Assembly: GCA_938039915.1 (NCBI GenBank)
Contig: CALHUA010000178.1
Span: 1 to 57,639 of the forward strand
Direction: 5' to 3'
DNA from: an uncultured Anderseniella sp.
GTDB taxonomy: Bacteria; Pseudomonadota; Alphaproteobacteria; Rhizobiales; Aestuariivirgaceae
DNA: 57,639 bases
The position numbers and the translations under genes were made by a program. This document shows positions 25,893-35,807 of the stretch, one piece after another; position 1 is the first letter of the stretch; the number at the start of each line of letters is the position of its first letter. The notes beneath the pieces were generated by a model that did no database searches, had not been told where the DNA came from, and saw only the letters and a program-made list of their open reading frames with translations.

Positions 25893-27881
25893 ATGAATTC
25901 AAAGGCAAAGCTTGTATTCATGCCATCCGGCAAGCGCGGGGAATTTCCGGTCGGCACAAGCCTGCTGGATGCCAGCCGCTCACTGGGGGTGGACCTGGAC
26001 ACGGTTTGTGGCGGTCGTGCGGTCTGCGGGCGTTGCCAGATTGAACCTTCCTTTGGAGAGTTTGCAAAACTGCAGATTAACTCCGACCCTGCTCACCTGT
26101 CAGAATTCGGGCCAACCGAAGAACGCTATAAGAAAATCAAGGGCCTCGGCGACAAGCGCCGCCTAGGCTGTCAGACCCAGCTTCTCGGCGACCTCGTGGT
26201 GGATGTTCCCGAGGAAAGCCAGATCCACCGGCAAATGGTTCGCAAGAGCGCCGATGAAATCCGCGACCTCGTCATTGATCCGGTTGTCACGCTACACTAT
26301 GTCGAACTGCCGAAACCCAGCATGGAAGACCAAAGGTCCGATCTTGAAAGGATCAATGCCAGCCTGTCCGATGAGTGGGGACTATCCGGCCTGAAATGGG
26401 ACATCTCCTGCCTGGGTGAACTTTCCGCAGCACTGCGGGCCGGCGAGGTCTACGGGGGAGAGTTCAAGGCGACGGTTGCCGTTCGCGCCGGCCATGAGGT
26501 GATTGCGGTCTGGCCCGGCTTCAAGGAGCGCGTTTTCGGCATTGCCGTCGATGTCGGCACAACCACGGTTGCCGGCCATCTGTGCGCACTGGACAATGGT
26601 GACGTGATGGCCAGCTCCGGTCTCATGAACCCGCAAATCCGCTACGGTGAAGACCTGATGAGCCGGATTTCCTACCTCCAGCAGAACGAAAACGAAGCGC
26701 CGAACCTGACCGCTGCGATCCAGACCGCGCTGGCGGACCTGGTTGATGCAGTGTGCAAGGAGGCTGATATTTCGCCTGCCGATGTCGTTGAAATGACCAT
26801 CGTGGGCAATCCCACCATGCATCACCTGGTTATGGGCATCGATCCTACCCAGTTGGGAATGGAACCGTTTCCACTGGTGGTCGATGAAGGCACCAGCGTG
26901 CATGCAAGGGATCTGAATATCCCGATCAACCGCGCCGGTTATGTCTGGTTCCTGCCGTGCATTGCCGGCCATGTCGGGGCTGATACGGCCGGTGTGATCC
27001 TGAGCCAGGCACCGCATTTGAGCGAAGAGATGACACTGGTCATCGATGTCGGCACCAATGCTGAAATTGTCCTGGGCCACAAGGACCGGCTGATTGCGTG
27101 TTCCTCACCCACCGGCCCTGCATTCGAAGGCGCGCAGATCACCTGTGGCCAGCGCGCCGCCCCCGGCGCCATCGAGCGTGTGCGGATTGACCGGGAGACC
27201 CTTAAACCCAGATTCAAGATTATCGGCGTTGAACAATGGTCGGACGAGGACGGCTTTGACGAAGCTGCCGAAAACATAGGTGTCGCCGGGATTTGCGGTT
27301 CGGGAATCATCGAGGCGGTGGCCGAGCTGTTTCTCTCCGGCATAGTCGATGCATCAGGGCGCATGCAGGCGAAGAAACTGGATGTCGCGGACCATCCCAA
27401 CTTCGTCGCCAAGGGCCGGAATTTCGAATATGTCCTGCATCGCGACGGCGATCGGGTCATCTATGTCTCGCCGTCCGATATCCGGGCCATCCAACTGGCC
27501 AAGTCAGCATGTTATTCCGGCGTGCGGCTATTGATGGACCGCATGGGCACGGACCATGTGGACCGCATCTACCTTGCAGGGGCGTTCGGCAGTTATATCG
27601 ACGTCGGCTATGCCATGGCGATCGGCCTTATTCCCGATTGCGATCTCGACAAGGTCTCTTCCGCCGGCAATGCCGCCGGCACCGGCGCGCGTATTGCGCT
27701 GTTGTCAGCAAGTTCACGGGCCGAAATAGACCGGGTCTGCCGGATGGTCGACAAGGTGGAAACCGCCATCGAACCTGAGTTCCAGGACTATTTCGTTGCG
27801 GCGATGAGCCTGCCCCATTCGACCGAGCCCTTCGACAAACTGAACGACTGGCTGGTGAAGCAGGGGCTGGCAAGCCGGTGA
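25893..27881 (+). CDS. RACo/ASKHA corrinoid reductive activator, copy 2
   Basis: CGGRAVCGRC...RLGCQ, DVGTTT, GEDLMSRI, DVGTNAE, SPTGPAFEG, GICGSG, AGAFG and GNAAG. Confidence 0.92.
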   Translation: MNSKAKLVFMPSGKRGEFPVGTSLLDASRSLGVDLDTVCGGRAVCGRCQIEPSFGEFAKLQINSDPAHLSEFGPTEERYKKIKGLGDKRRLGCQTQLLGDLVVDVPEESQIHRQMVRKSADEIRDLVIDPVVTLHYVELPKPSMEDQRSDLERINASLSDEWGLSGLKWDISCLGELSAALRAGEVYGGEFKATVAVRAGHEVIAVWPGFKERVFGIAVDVGTTTVAGHLCALDNGDVMASSGLMNPQIRYGEDLMSRISYLQQNENEAPNLTAAIQTALADLVDAVCKEADISPADVVEMTIVGNPTMHHLVMGIDPTQLGMEPFPLVVDEGTSVHARDLNIPINRAGYVWFLPCIAGHVGADTAGVILSQAPHLSEEMTLVIDVGTNAEIVLGHKDRLIACSSPTGPAFEGAQITCGQRAAPGAIERVRIDRETLKPRFKIIGVEQWSDEDGFDEAAENIGVAGICGSGIIEAVAELFLSGIVDASGRMQAKKLDVADHPNFVAKGRNFEYVLHRDGDRVIYVSPSDIRAIQLAKSACYSGVRLLMDRMGTDHVDRIYLAGAFGSYIDVGYAMAIGLIPDCDLDKVSSAGNAAGTGARIALLSASSRAEIDRVCRMVDKVETAIEPEFQDYFVAAMSLPHSTEPFDKLNDWLVKQGLASR

Positions 27882-28180
27882 GCGGGGAAACGACACCACC
27901 GGTGCAGCCAGCCGATGGTCCCGCCACGTCGAAGCGCGGGCCCTACATCGTCCAGGTCGAAGCCGGTGAAAGCTATCTGTGGTGCAGTTGCGGCCTGTCG
28001 AAAACCCAGCCATGGTGCGATCAATCTCATATCGGCACGAGTTTCGAGCCGATGGAGTTTGTTGCGCCCATTTCCGGTGAATTCCATATTTGCGGATGCA
28101 GGCAATCGAAGAACAAGCCTTTCTGCTTCGGAACCTGCCGCGGTCACACGCCGGAAAATACAAAATCGGATCTGTTCTGA
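27878..28180 (+). CDS. Double CDGSH-type iron-sulfur protein with variant motifs
   Basis: WCSCGLSKTQPWCDQSH and ICGCRQSKNKPFCFGTC. GTGA overlap with RACo. Confidence 0.85.
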   Translation: MSGETTPPVQPADGPATSKRGPYIVQVEAGESYLWCSCGLSKTQPWCDQSHIGTSFEPMEFVAPISGEFHICGCRQSKNKPFCFGTCRGHTPENTKSDLF

Positions 28181-28182
28181 TC

Positions 28183-28518
28183 ATGCCCACAGATGCTTTC
28201 AAGGTTCAGGTACGCAGCAATATGGTGCTCAGCATCACCGGCGTGGCGAGCAAAGAAGTCGCCCCCGGGCTCGATATCAATAACCCGCTTGCGGTGTCTA
28301 CTGCGCTGGCAGACAACAACAAGAAAAACGGCAACCTGGATGGAGATTATTTTCTCGGCACGTTCATCGATGCGCGCGACTTTGCCTGCCTGTGCATAGG
28401 ATTTCAGCAGGCGCTGTGCGACAAGAGCCTGGAATCCGTGCAAAATGCCGGCAGCGATGGCAGCCAGTCCTGGATCAACCGCTTCGTACCGGCCGCCGGG
28501 TCTGAACAGGCCGACTGA
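28183..28518 (+). CDS. Hypothetical protein
   Basis: Starts 2 nt after the CDGSH gene (MPTDAFKVQVR...) and contains FACLC...LCDKS. Confidence 0.6.
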   Translation: MPTDAFKVQVRSNMVLSITGVASKEVAPGLDINNPLAVSTALADNNKKNGNLDGDYFLGTFIDARDFACLCIGFQQALCDKSLESVQNAGSDGSQSWINRFVPAAGSEQAD

Positions 28519-28568
28519 TCTTGCAATCACTCGCCTCCAGAGTGGCCGGACTTCCTTCCCGAACACTG

Positions 28569-29825
28569 TTATTTTTGCGACTTGCCTTTCGGCTCGGCTG
28601 TCTTGTGGGCCGGATTGTTCTGCTGTGTCGGCACGATGTGCCATGAGGCGAGGGCGTCCTTCACCTGGCTCGACCGGCGCCTGGCTGGCCCGACCGCCAT
28701 TCTGAGGGCCGATACCAGCAGGACCGACAGGAAGATCGCTGCCTGAAAATACATGAAGGCATCAGGACCATTGCTCTGCATCAACGCACCGACCAGCAAC
28801 GGGCCCAGTGACGACCCGAACCCGTAGATCACGAACAGGCGGCTGGAGGCCGACAGCATTTGCCGGCTTTCCATCTGGTCGTTGATATGCGCCAGCGCAA
28901 CAGACCGTGTCGGAATGGCCAGCGTGCCGAACACGGCAAACATCATGATCGTTATCACGAGGCTGCCCTGCTGCGTGGCAGCCAGAAACGCGGCCAGGGC
29001 TGCAACCAGGCTGATGGTCAGCAGGACCAGCCGGCGGTCCACCTTGTCCGCCAGCATCCCGAGGGGATATTGCACAATGGTGACGCCGAGGGTCGGCAGC
29101 GCGATCATCACCGATATCCACCACACCGGTATCCCCTTGATCACGCCATAGGCCGAGCCAAGGCCGAACAGCGCACTTTGCGCCAGGCCGTTCACGAAAA
29201 TCGCATAGGTGGCAAGCGGAGAGGCGCGAAACACCACGCCCAGCGACACCGGCGGTGTCTTGATAACGGCAGGCACGTCAATTCTCAGAAGGGTAATCGG
29301 CACCAGCGCCAGGGACAGAATGACCGAGGCCAGCAAGAACCGGATGTAGCCGCTGCCATCATCGACGTTGAGCAGGAACTGCCCTGCTCCCATCATGGAA
29401 TATGTCACGACCAAATAAACCGCCATCACCCGGCCACGGGTGCTGTTTGACGTGGATGCGTTCAGCCATGCCTCGCAAATGATGTACAGCCCGGTTGTCG
29501 AAATGCCGGTCAGGACCCGCAGAACGAACCACCAGGTCGGCTCGACAAAGACCGCCAGAAGAAGGGCCGATGACGAGGCAAGCGACGCCAGGCCGGCGAA
29601 GACCCGGATATAACCCACCTCCTCGATCATGCGCGGCACCAGCCAGGCGCCCAGCAGGATGCCGATCGGATAACCTGTCGCGATATAGCCAATTGCAATG
29701 CCGCCGAAATCCGCCTGCGACGCCAGCAGGCCGACCAGCGATCCCTGCAGCCCCGTTGCCAGCGCGAGCAGGGCAATACAGAACAGCAGGATTGCAATGC
29801 TGAATGTCTGGGTGCGGCTGCTCAA
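28569..29825 (-). CDS. MFS transporter (YcaD-like)
   Basis: About 12 hydrophobic segments, VGYIRVFA, EAWLN...RGRVMAVY and QYPLGMLADKVDRR. Confidence 0.88.
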   Translation of the reverse strand: MSSRTQTFSIAILLFCIALLALATGLQGSLVGLLASQADFGGIAIGYIATGYPIGILLGAWLVPRMIEEVGYIRVFAGLASLASSSALLLAVFVEPTWWFVLRVLTGISTTGLYIICEAWLNASTSNSTRGRVMAVYLVVTYSMMGAGQFLLNVDDGSGYIRFLLASVILSLALVPITLLRIDVPAVIKTPPVSLGVVFRASPLATYAIFVNGLAQSALFGLGSAYGVIKGIPVWWISVMIALPTLGVTIVQYPLGMLADKVDRRLVLLTISLVAALAAFLAATQQGSLVITIMMFAVFGTLAIPTRSVALAHINDQMESRQMLSASSRLFVIYGFGSSLGPLLVGALMQSNGPDAFMYFQAAIFLSVLLVSALRMAVGPARRRSSQVKDALASWHIVPTQQNNPAHKTAEPKGKSQK

Positions 29826-30562
29826 AGCATGATGACCATGCCGTCGAAAGCGGTTTCTTCGGGAACGCCATCAGCAGCGGCAAGCATGTCCGGTCCCATG
29901 TGGGTCAGCACAATGCGCTTAGCGTTCAGCACGCCTCGGTTGGCTTCAATGTCGGGATAGTTCAGATGGTATTTGACCGGCTTGCCATGGGCATAGCACT
30001 CCATGATCAGCAGGTCGGCACCTTGTGCCAGCGCTGGCATGCGCGGGTTCCATTCGCCGTCACCGGTGTAGGAAATGATCTTGCCGGCGATGGTAAGCCG
30101 CACCGAGGTCGGCCGTGTCTCGGGCGTATGTACGGCAGGCATGGTCTCGATTGCCAGTTGGCGGTGACGGTGTGTCGCTGTGTCCGGCAACTCCACGAAA
30201 TCCACGGTAAACCGGCGTTTCATCCCGTCTGAGCCTGGAAAAAGGGCAGCCGTGGCCTGTTCAATCCAGCGTTCCGTACCCGGCGGCCCGATAATGGTCA
30301 GCGGTCCCTGCCGCCTGGCCCCCAGCATTGCATCCATCAGCATGAAAGGAATGCCGCCGGCATGATCGCCATGCAGATGGGTGATGAAAATGGTCTCGAT
30401 TGTGTTGTGGTGAATGCCGAGCCTGTTCAGCGCGACAAGGCTGGAGGCACCAAAATCCAGCGCCAGACGCATGTCCGGTGTGTCCACGACAATACAGGTG
30501 TTCAACCGGCCGCCGGATCCGAAAGCGTCTCCACAACCTGCGAATGTCACGGTTACACTCAT
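29822..30562 (-). CDS. MBL-fold metallo-hydrolase (RNase Z-like)
   Basis: GCGDAFGSGGR, THLHGDHAGG, YTGD and LTHMG. Confidence 0.9.
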   Translation of the reverse strand: MSVTVTFAGCGDAFGSGGRLNTCIVVDTPDMRLALDFGASSLVALNRLGIHHNTIETIFITHLHGDHAGGIPFMLMDAMLGARRQGPLTIIGPPGTERWIEQATAALFPGSDGMKRRFTVDFVELPDTATHRHRQLAIETMPAVHTPETRPTSVRLTIAGKIISYTGDGEWNPRMPALAQGADLLIMECYAHGKPVKYHLNYPDIEANRGVLNAKRIVLTHMGPDMLAAADGVPEETAFDGMVIML

Positions 30563-30785
30563 CACCACACGATCCTGTTGCTTTGCACCGCCGACGCGCG
30601 ATAGGCGCTGGCTGCGTACCCCGGGAGTTACAATGGCCACCAAGTCGCTGCAAGCGCAATGTCCGACGCTTACATATACGACCAGGTAGTCTACAGATAC
30701 ACAAAGGTAGAGTCCCGGGATTGTTGCCGTGTATAAATTCACAGCTGTTTACAGACAGCGCTGGCTAGTGGAAGAATTTGCCCTA

Positions 30786-31622
30786 ATGGAAGCATTGTCA
30801 TTTGAAACAGTAAGGACCGAGGTCCAGGGTCGTGTTGCGAAAATTACGCTGGATCGGCCGGAGCGGCTAAACGCCATCAGTCGGCAAACCATGTCTGACA
30901 TTCGCGCGACGCTGGACTGCCTTGAGGCGGACCCTAATGTTGCGGTGGTCGTGATCCACGGCGCAGGACGGGCGTTCAGTGCCGGAATGGATCTGAAGGA
31001 CGATGCCGCCGGTGATACGTCAGGCCCCGACGGCTGGAGGCGAGTGCTGTCTGAGAACCTCGAATTCGTGACCTTGTTCTGGGACTTCCCCAAACCGACG
31101 ATTTCTGCCGTCCACGGCTATTGCATGGCAGCCGGATGCGACTTGGCGATGGCCTGCGATATCACAATCGCTGAGGCAGGTACGTTTTTCGGCAAGCCGG
31201 AACTCAAATTCGGCAGTGTCATCACGGCGATGGTGATGCCGTTTCTGACCAGTCCGAAAATCGCCAAGGAACTGTTGCTGACCGCCGACGACCGAATTTC
31301 TGCTGAGCGGGCTCATGAAATTGGCCTGGTCAACCATGTCGTTCCAGAAGGAGAAGGCCTTGATCGTGCCATGCAGATGGCGGCGCGAATTGCCACACTG
31401 GACGATGATGCAGTTCGCATCACCAAGCTTGCCATCAACAAGTCTGTCGATGCCATGGGCTTGCGTGAGGCCCTTGATGCCAATCTCGAACTGTCAGTGG
31501 AAATCGAAACGCTGGAAACACCGTCTCGCCAGAGGTTCAAGGAGATTTCACGCCGCGATGGACTGAAGGCAGCGCTGGCGTGGCGCGAGACACGTTTCAA
31601 TCCGACCAGCGATCAGGACTGA
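30786..31622 (+). CDS. Enoyl-CoA hydratase/isomerase family protein
   Basis: ITLDRPERLNAI, GRAFSAGMDL, KPTISAVHGYC and PELKFG. Confidence 0.9.
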   Translation: MEALSFETVRTEVQGRVAKITLDRPERLNAISRQTMSDIRATLDCLEADPNVAVVVIHGAGRAFSAGMDLKDDAAGDTSGPDGWRRVLSENLEFVTLFWDFPKPTISAVHGYCMAAGCDLAMACDITIAEAGTFFGKPELKFGSVITAMVMPFLTSPKIAKELLLTADDRISAERAHEIGLVNHVVPEGEGLDRAMQMAARIATLDDDAVRITKLAINKSVDAMGLREALDANLELSVEIETLETPSRQRFKEISRRDGLKAALAWRETRFNPTSDQD

Positions 31623-31652
31623 CCTGCAAGCCAGGGTTATCAACCGTCTGTC

Positions 31653-32546
31653 TCAGCCAAACTGGAATGTACTGGCCTGTCTGGCGTGCTGGGCAATGGA
31701 CTCGGTTATCGGAGACACCTGGCGACGTGTTTGCACAGCCCAGAATTCCAGCGGTTCGATGGCAGGTTCGGTTTTCAACTCAAACAGATCTCCGCGCTCA
31801 ATCTCGTCGGCAAAAATGATTGGTGGCAACATGCTGATGCCGAGGCCTGCCATGGTGAGCTCGGCGACCACACCAAGGCTGTTACAGACATCGACACGCC
31901 GTGGTGCTGAACTGTTGTCGCTGAACCAGGTTTCGATAATCTCGTGCATATTTGAATCTTCCGACAATGTGATCACCGGTACGCGGTTAAAGTCCTTTGC
32001 AGACAACTGGCCGCCCGCATTGACCAGCTTCAGCTTGGGGCTGGCCATCCAGGTGTAGAGAATGCTGCCAAGATAGGTGGTCGAAAGATCGGACCCAAAT
32101 GCCGGTCCGGGCAAGATGGCCAGATCCAGTTCGCCATTGCGCAGTTTCTGCCAGACGATCTGAGTCAGGTTGATGTCGAGATCGATCAGTACTGCTGGAA
32201 ACTCTTCGTTCAGACGCACGACCAGGTCTGACAACCAGGTCAGTGCAACGCTTTCAGTGACGCCGAGTTTCAATCGCCCGCTTAGCTGACTACGGTCGCT
32301 CATCCGGCCTTCGACCTCCTGGACCAGATCGACTATCCGATGTGAATAATCGGCAAATTCCCGGCCTTCCGGTGTTATGTGCAAGGTTCGTGCACGACGG
32401 TCAAACAGCGTTACACCCAGACGCTTTTCCAGTTCGGCAATGCGCATGGAAATTGCAGGCTGCGTGGTATTGAGTCGACGCGCTGCGGCACTGAAACTGC
32501 CGAGACGGCATATCCAGACCAATGCTTCCATATGCTTGAAGTTCAT
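31653..32546 (-). CDS. LysR-family regulator
   Basis: GSFSAAARRLNTTQPAISMRIAELEKRLG. Divergent from the TRAP operon. Confidence 0.93.
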   Translation of the reverse strand: MNFKHMEALVWICRLGSFSAAARRLNTTQPAISMRIAELEKRLGVTLFDRRARTLHITPEGREFADYSHRIVDLVQEVEGRMSDRSQLSGRLKLGVTESVALTWLSDLVVRLNEEFPAVLIDLDINLTQIVWQKLRNGELDLAILPGPAFGSDLSTTYLGSILYTWMASPKLKLVNAGGQLSAKDFNRVPVITLSEDSNMHEIIETWFSDNSSAPRRVDVCNSLGVVAELTMAGLGISMLPPIIFADEIERGDLFELKTEPAIEPLEFWAVQTRRQVSPITESIAQHARQASTFQFG

Positions 32547-32583
32547 TTGCTTTCCTCCACGATCTGATGCGCGAACAACGCTT

Positions 32584-32611
32584 CATCAGAAATCCTTATG
32601 GATAACCATAA
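32584..32611. promoter_or_regulatory. Candidate LysR binding region
   Basis: T-N11-A box (32586-32598) and TTATGG-ataa-CCATAA dyad in the divergent intergenic region. Confidence 0.45.
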
Positions 32612-32756
32612 AGAATGGCAATTTGATTTGATATCCCCGGTTTGCAAAGATGACGGAAATGTTAGGTTTTTCGAGTGACAGGCACTATCGCCGCGCACTC
32701 AAATTGTGGTGTCCTGACGCAGAATTCGGGACACGAAACCTGTCTGGGAGGACAAA

Positions 32757-33782
32757 ATGAGAGTGTTTTCAAAATTGTTTTTGAGTCTGGCAGTCGGTGC
32801 CATGTTCGTCAGCGCCGGTATCCAGACCAGTGATGCAAAAGTGCTGTTGCGCGCCAACAGCCAGTGGAGCGAAACACACTCCGGCTCACAGGTCGACAAA
32901 TGGTGGGCGGATGAAATCAAAAAACGAACCAATGGCGAAGTGGAAATCAAACTCTTCTTCGGCGGTGCACTTGGCAAGGCGCAGGAGAACCTGCCGCTGC
33001 TGCAACAAGGTGCGATCGACATTGCCATGATGTCGCCGGGATATTTTCCGGCCCAGTTGCCTTTCCATGCCGCACCGAACTCCATTCCAATGGCCATGTC
33101 CAAAGTGGAACAGGCAACGGAATTGATGGAACGACTGATGGTTGAGGTGGAAGCCTTTGATGCTGAGGCCAAAGAAAATGGCGTGAAGACTTTGTTCTTT
33201 CATCACCTGAATGCCTATCAACTGGTCTGCAAGGAGCAGATCAAGGGCGTTGCCGACATGAAAGGCAAGAAGATGCGCACGTGGGGCAAGGCGCTGCCGC
33301 AAGCTGTCGAGGCCGTTGGCGCAACACCGGTGACAATGTTCCTGCCTGAACTTTATGAGGGCGTGTCGCGCGGCACTGTGGATTGCATCCCGTTCTCAGT
33401 CGATCTGATGATGAACTACAAGATGTACGAAGTGGCCAAGCACATACACAATATCACTATTTGGCAGGGCCCAACCAACGCCACGTGGATTTCGCTGAAG
33501 TCCTGGGACAAGCTGACACCGGAACAGCAGAAAACCATGCAGGAAGTTTCTCTTGAAGCAATGCGTAAAGACCGTGACGTCACCATCGAAGCCGGCAAGA
33601 AGGCAATTGGTGAACTGAAGGCCAAAGGTGTGCAGTTCCACGATTTTCCGGCTGCTGAACAGGCCAAATGGGCCGAAATGAATCCGGACTTCTTTGGCGA
33701 TTTCATCAAGGAAATGACTGCCAAGGGCCGCGGCGACGATGCCACCAAGACCATCAAGATATGGAGAGAAGTGACACAATAG
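32757..33782 (+). CDS. dctP: TRAP transporter substrate-binding protein
   Basis: Signal peptide, RTNGEVEI..F.GGALG, DMKGKKMR and GATPV...ELYEG..RGTVD. Confidence 0.92.
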   Translation: MRVFSKLFLSLAVGAMFVSAGIQTSDAKVLLRANSQWSETHSGSQVDKWWADEIKKRTNGEVEIKLFFGGALGKAQENLPLLQQGAIDIAMMSPGYFPAQLPFHAAPNSIPMAMSKVEQATELMERLMVEVEAFDAEAKENGVKTLFFHHLNAYQLVCKEQIKGVADMKGKKMRTWGKALPQAVEAVGATPVTMFLPELYEGVSRGTVDCIPFSVDLMMNYKMYEVAKHIHNITIWQGPTNATWISLKSWDKLTPEQQKTMQEVSLEAMRKDRDVTIEAGKKAIGELKAKGVQFHDFPAAEQAKWAEMNPDFFGDFIKEMTAKGRGDDATKTIKIWREVTQ

Positions 33783-33828
33783 TTGTGTTTTGACCGGTTG
33801 TTGCGGCAATCGGTTTCAGCAAGCGACA

Positions 33829-33861
33829 CCCCGGTGCCGGGCCTTGTCCCCGCACCGGGGG
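33829..33861 (+). other. Hairpin after dctP (mRNA stabiliser)
   Basis: CCCCGGTGC...GCACCGGGG inverted repeat. Confidence 0.5.
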
Positions 33862-33904
33862 AGTTACTTCCCATATTTATCCAAACAGAGTGATCGGACT
33901 ATTT

Positions 33905-34438
33905 ATGAGCAAGGCCAGACCAGTGTGGGCGGCATGGGTCGGACAGGTAGGACTGCTGCTGGCATTTTTGTCCGGCATTGCCATGTTGCTCATGATGATA
34001 GCCGGGTCGCTGGACATCATCGGCACCAACATGTTTGGCTGGCCGGTTCCGGCGGCCTTTGAATTCATGGCAACGATGATGGTGGTGGTCGTTTTTTTCG
34101 CGCTGTCGCTGGCCCAGGCGCGCAAAGCCCATCTCAGGGTGGAAGTTATCTACAATCTCATGCCGGCCATCGTGCAGTATATTCTGGACATCCTGCAGTA
34201 TACCGTCACCACGGCCTTCTTTGGTCTGATCGCCTATTTTGGCTGGAAGGCCGCAGCGCTCGGTTTTTCTCAGGGGGAATATGCATCCGGAATAGTCAAC
34301 TTTCCGATCTGGCCGGCCCGGTTTGCCCTGGCGTTCGGCGCCAGCATGATGACCTTGCAATGTCTGATCGATCTCGTCGGCCATGTTCTCGGCTGGCAGG
34401 TGGATGACAGCGCCGACAGCACCATGGGCAAACTTTGA
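33905..34438 (+). CDS. dctQ: TRAP small permease
   Basis: Four TM helices, HLRVE and FPIWP, between dctP and dctM. Confidence 0.88.
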   Translation: MSKARPVWAAWVGQVGLLLAFLSGIAMLLMMIAGSLDIIGTNMFGWPVPAAFEFMATMMVVVVFFALSLAQARKAHLRVEVIYNLMPAIVQYILDILQYTVTTAFFGLIAYFGWKAAALGFSQGEYASGIVNFPIWPARFALAFGASMMTLQCLIDLVGHVLGWQVDDSADSTMGKL

Positions 34439-34481
34439 TGATCACGTTCATGACGTCTTGTAAACCTTCGCGGAGGCCGGC

Positions 34482-35795
34482 ATGGATCCGATAGCCGTCG
34501 GCTATATCAGCGTCATTGCATTATTCGTTTGTCTGGCGGTCGGCATTCCTGTCGCGGTAGCGATGGGTGGTGTCGGAATCGTCGGCATGTATCTGGCAGT
34601 TGGCGACCTGTTTACCATTGGCCAGCTGCGGTCGTTGCCGTTTGCAACAGTGAACGAGTACGGCCTGGCCGTCCTGCCTATGTTCGTACTGATGGGTGTG
34701 CTGGCCGAGGCTTCAGGGATCACCACGGAACTTTTCAAGACCGCTGACATGTGGTTGCGCAGGTTCAGGGGCGGCCTCTATCAGGCTGTGATTATCGGCT
34801 CAGCCACATTTGCGGCCATTTCAGGCTCGACAACGGTCAACGCGGTTGTGTTTACCCGGATTGCATTTCCGCAAATGGTCAAGTTTGGCTATTCACGCAG
34901 CCTGTCGATCGGTGCGATCGCCGGTGCCGGCAGCTTCGCGGCAATGATCCCGCCATCAATTACAATGGTTATCTACGCGATCATGACCGAGCAGTCGGTT
35001 GGACAACTACTCATTGCCGGTGTCATTCCCGGTCTGTTGACCGCAGTGGTCTATCTCGCCGGCATTTATTTTCTGGTGCGGCTCAGACCTTCTCTTGCGC
35101 CTGAAATCACCAGCGTTGTCAGTTGGCGCGAGCGATGGAGCGCGTTGGGCAAGATCTGGCCGATCGTTGTTTTGATCATGCTGGTCTTCGGCGGTATTTA
35201 CTCAGGTATCTTTCCGCCATCTGCCGCCGGCGCGGCAGGCGCGGCGGGTGCATTCTTGTTTGCGCTGTTCAGAATGAAGCGACTGAGCGGCTGGCTTGTT
35301 CCGGCATTGCAGGATGCTGCCTTCATCAGCTGTATCATCTTCCTGATCCTGATCGGTGGCCTGCTGCTGTCCCGCATGCTTGTTGTGACCGGGGTTATTG
35401 ATGAGCTGGTTATCCTGATCACCAGCGTTGCTGACACGCCGCTGAAATTCATGATCATGGCCTCCATCCTGTACCTTGTGCTCGGCTGCTTCCTCGACAC
35501 CACTTCGATGATGGTCGTCACGCTGCCATTCCTGTTCCCGGTCGTGCTTGCGCTTGATATCGATCCGATCTGGTTCGGTATCGTGCTGGTCAAGCTCATC
35601 GAAATATCGGTCATAACGCCACCGGTGGGGATAAATCTGTTCGCGGTGATGGGGGCAGTGGGTAATCAGGCGACCTTTGGCGATGTCTACAAAGGGGTAA
35701 TTCCATTCATATTTTTTGACCTGATCGTGCTCGTGTTCCTGATTGTGTTTCCGGAACTCGCGACATGGCTGCCACAGACAATGATCGACGGTTAG
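34482..35795 (+). CDS. dctM: TRAP large permease
   Basis: LPMFVLMG, FAAISGS, MIPPS, DPIWFG, ITPPVGINLF and ATWLP. Confidence 0.93.
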   Translation: MDPIAVGYISVIALFVCLAVGIPVAVAMGGVGIVGMYLAVGDLFTIGQLRSLPFATVNEYGLAVLPMFVLMGVLAEASGITTELFKTADMWLRRFRGGLYQAVIIGSATFAAISGSTTVNAVVFTRIAFPQMVKFGYSRSLSIGAIAGAGSFAAMIPPSITMVIYAIMTEQSVGQLLIAGVIPGLLTAVVYLAGIYFLVRLRPSLAPEITSVVSWRERWSALGKIWPIVVLIMLVFGGIYSGIFPPSAAGAAGAAGAFLFALFRMKRLSGWLVPALQDAAFISCIIFLILIGGLLLSRMLVVTGVIDELVILITSVADTPLKFMIMASILYLVLGCFLDTTSMMVVTLPFLFPVVLALDIDPIWFGIVLVKLIEISVITPPVGINLFAVMGAVGNQATFGDVYKGVIPFIFFDLIVLVFLIVFPELATWLPQTMIDG

Positions 35796-35807
35796 GAGGC
35801 CAGTTCA

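Noticed and set aside
1795-25900. Cobalamin riboswitch in island intergenic regions
   Set aside because: No B12-box or GCCACTG/GGGAAG arrangement was found by eye.
28569-29825. MFS as the missing arsenical exporter (ArsK/ArsJ)
   Set aside because: It looks YcaD-like and is co-transcribed with the MBL hydrolase on the opposite strand. There is no positive evidence for the role.
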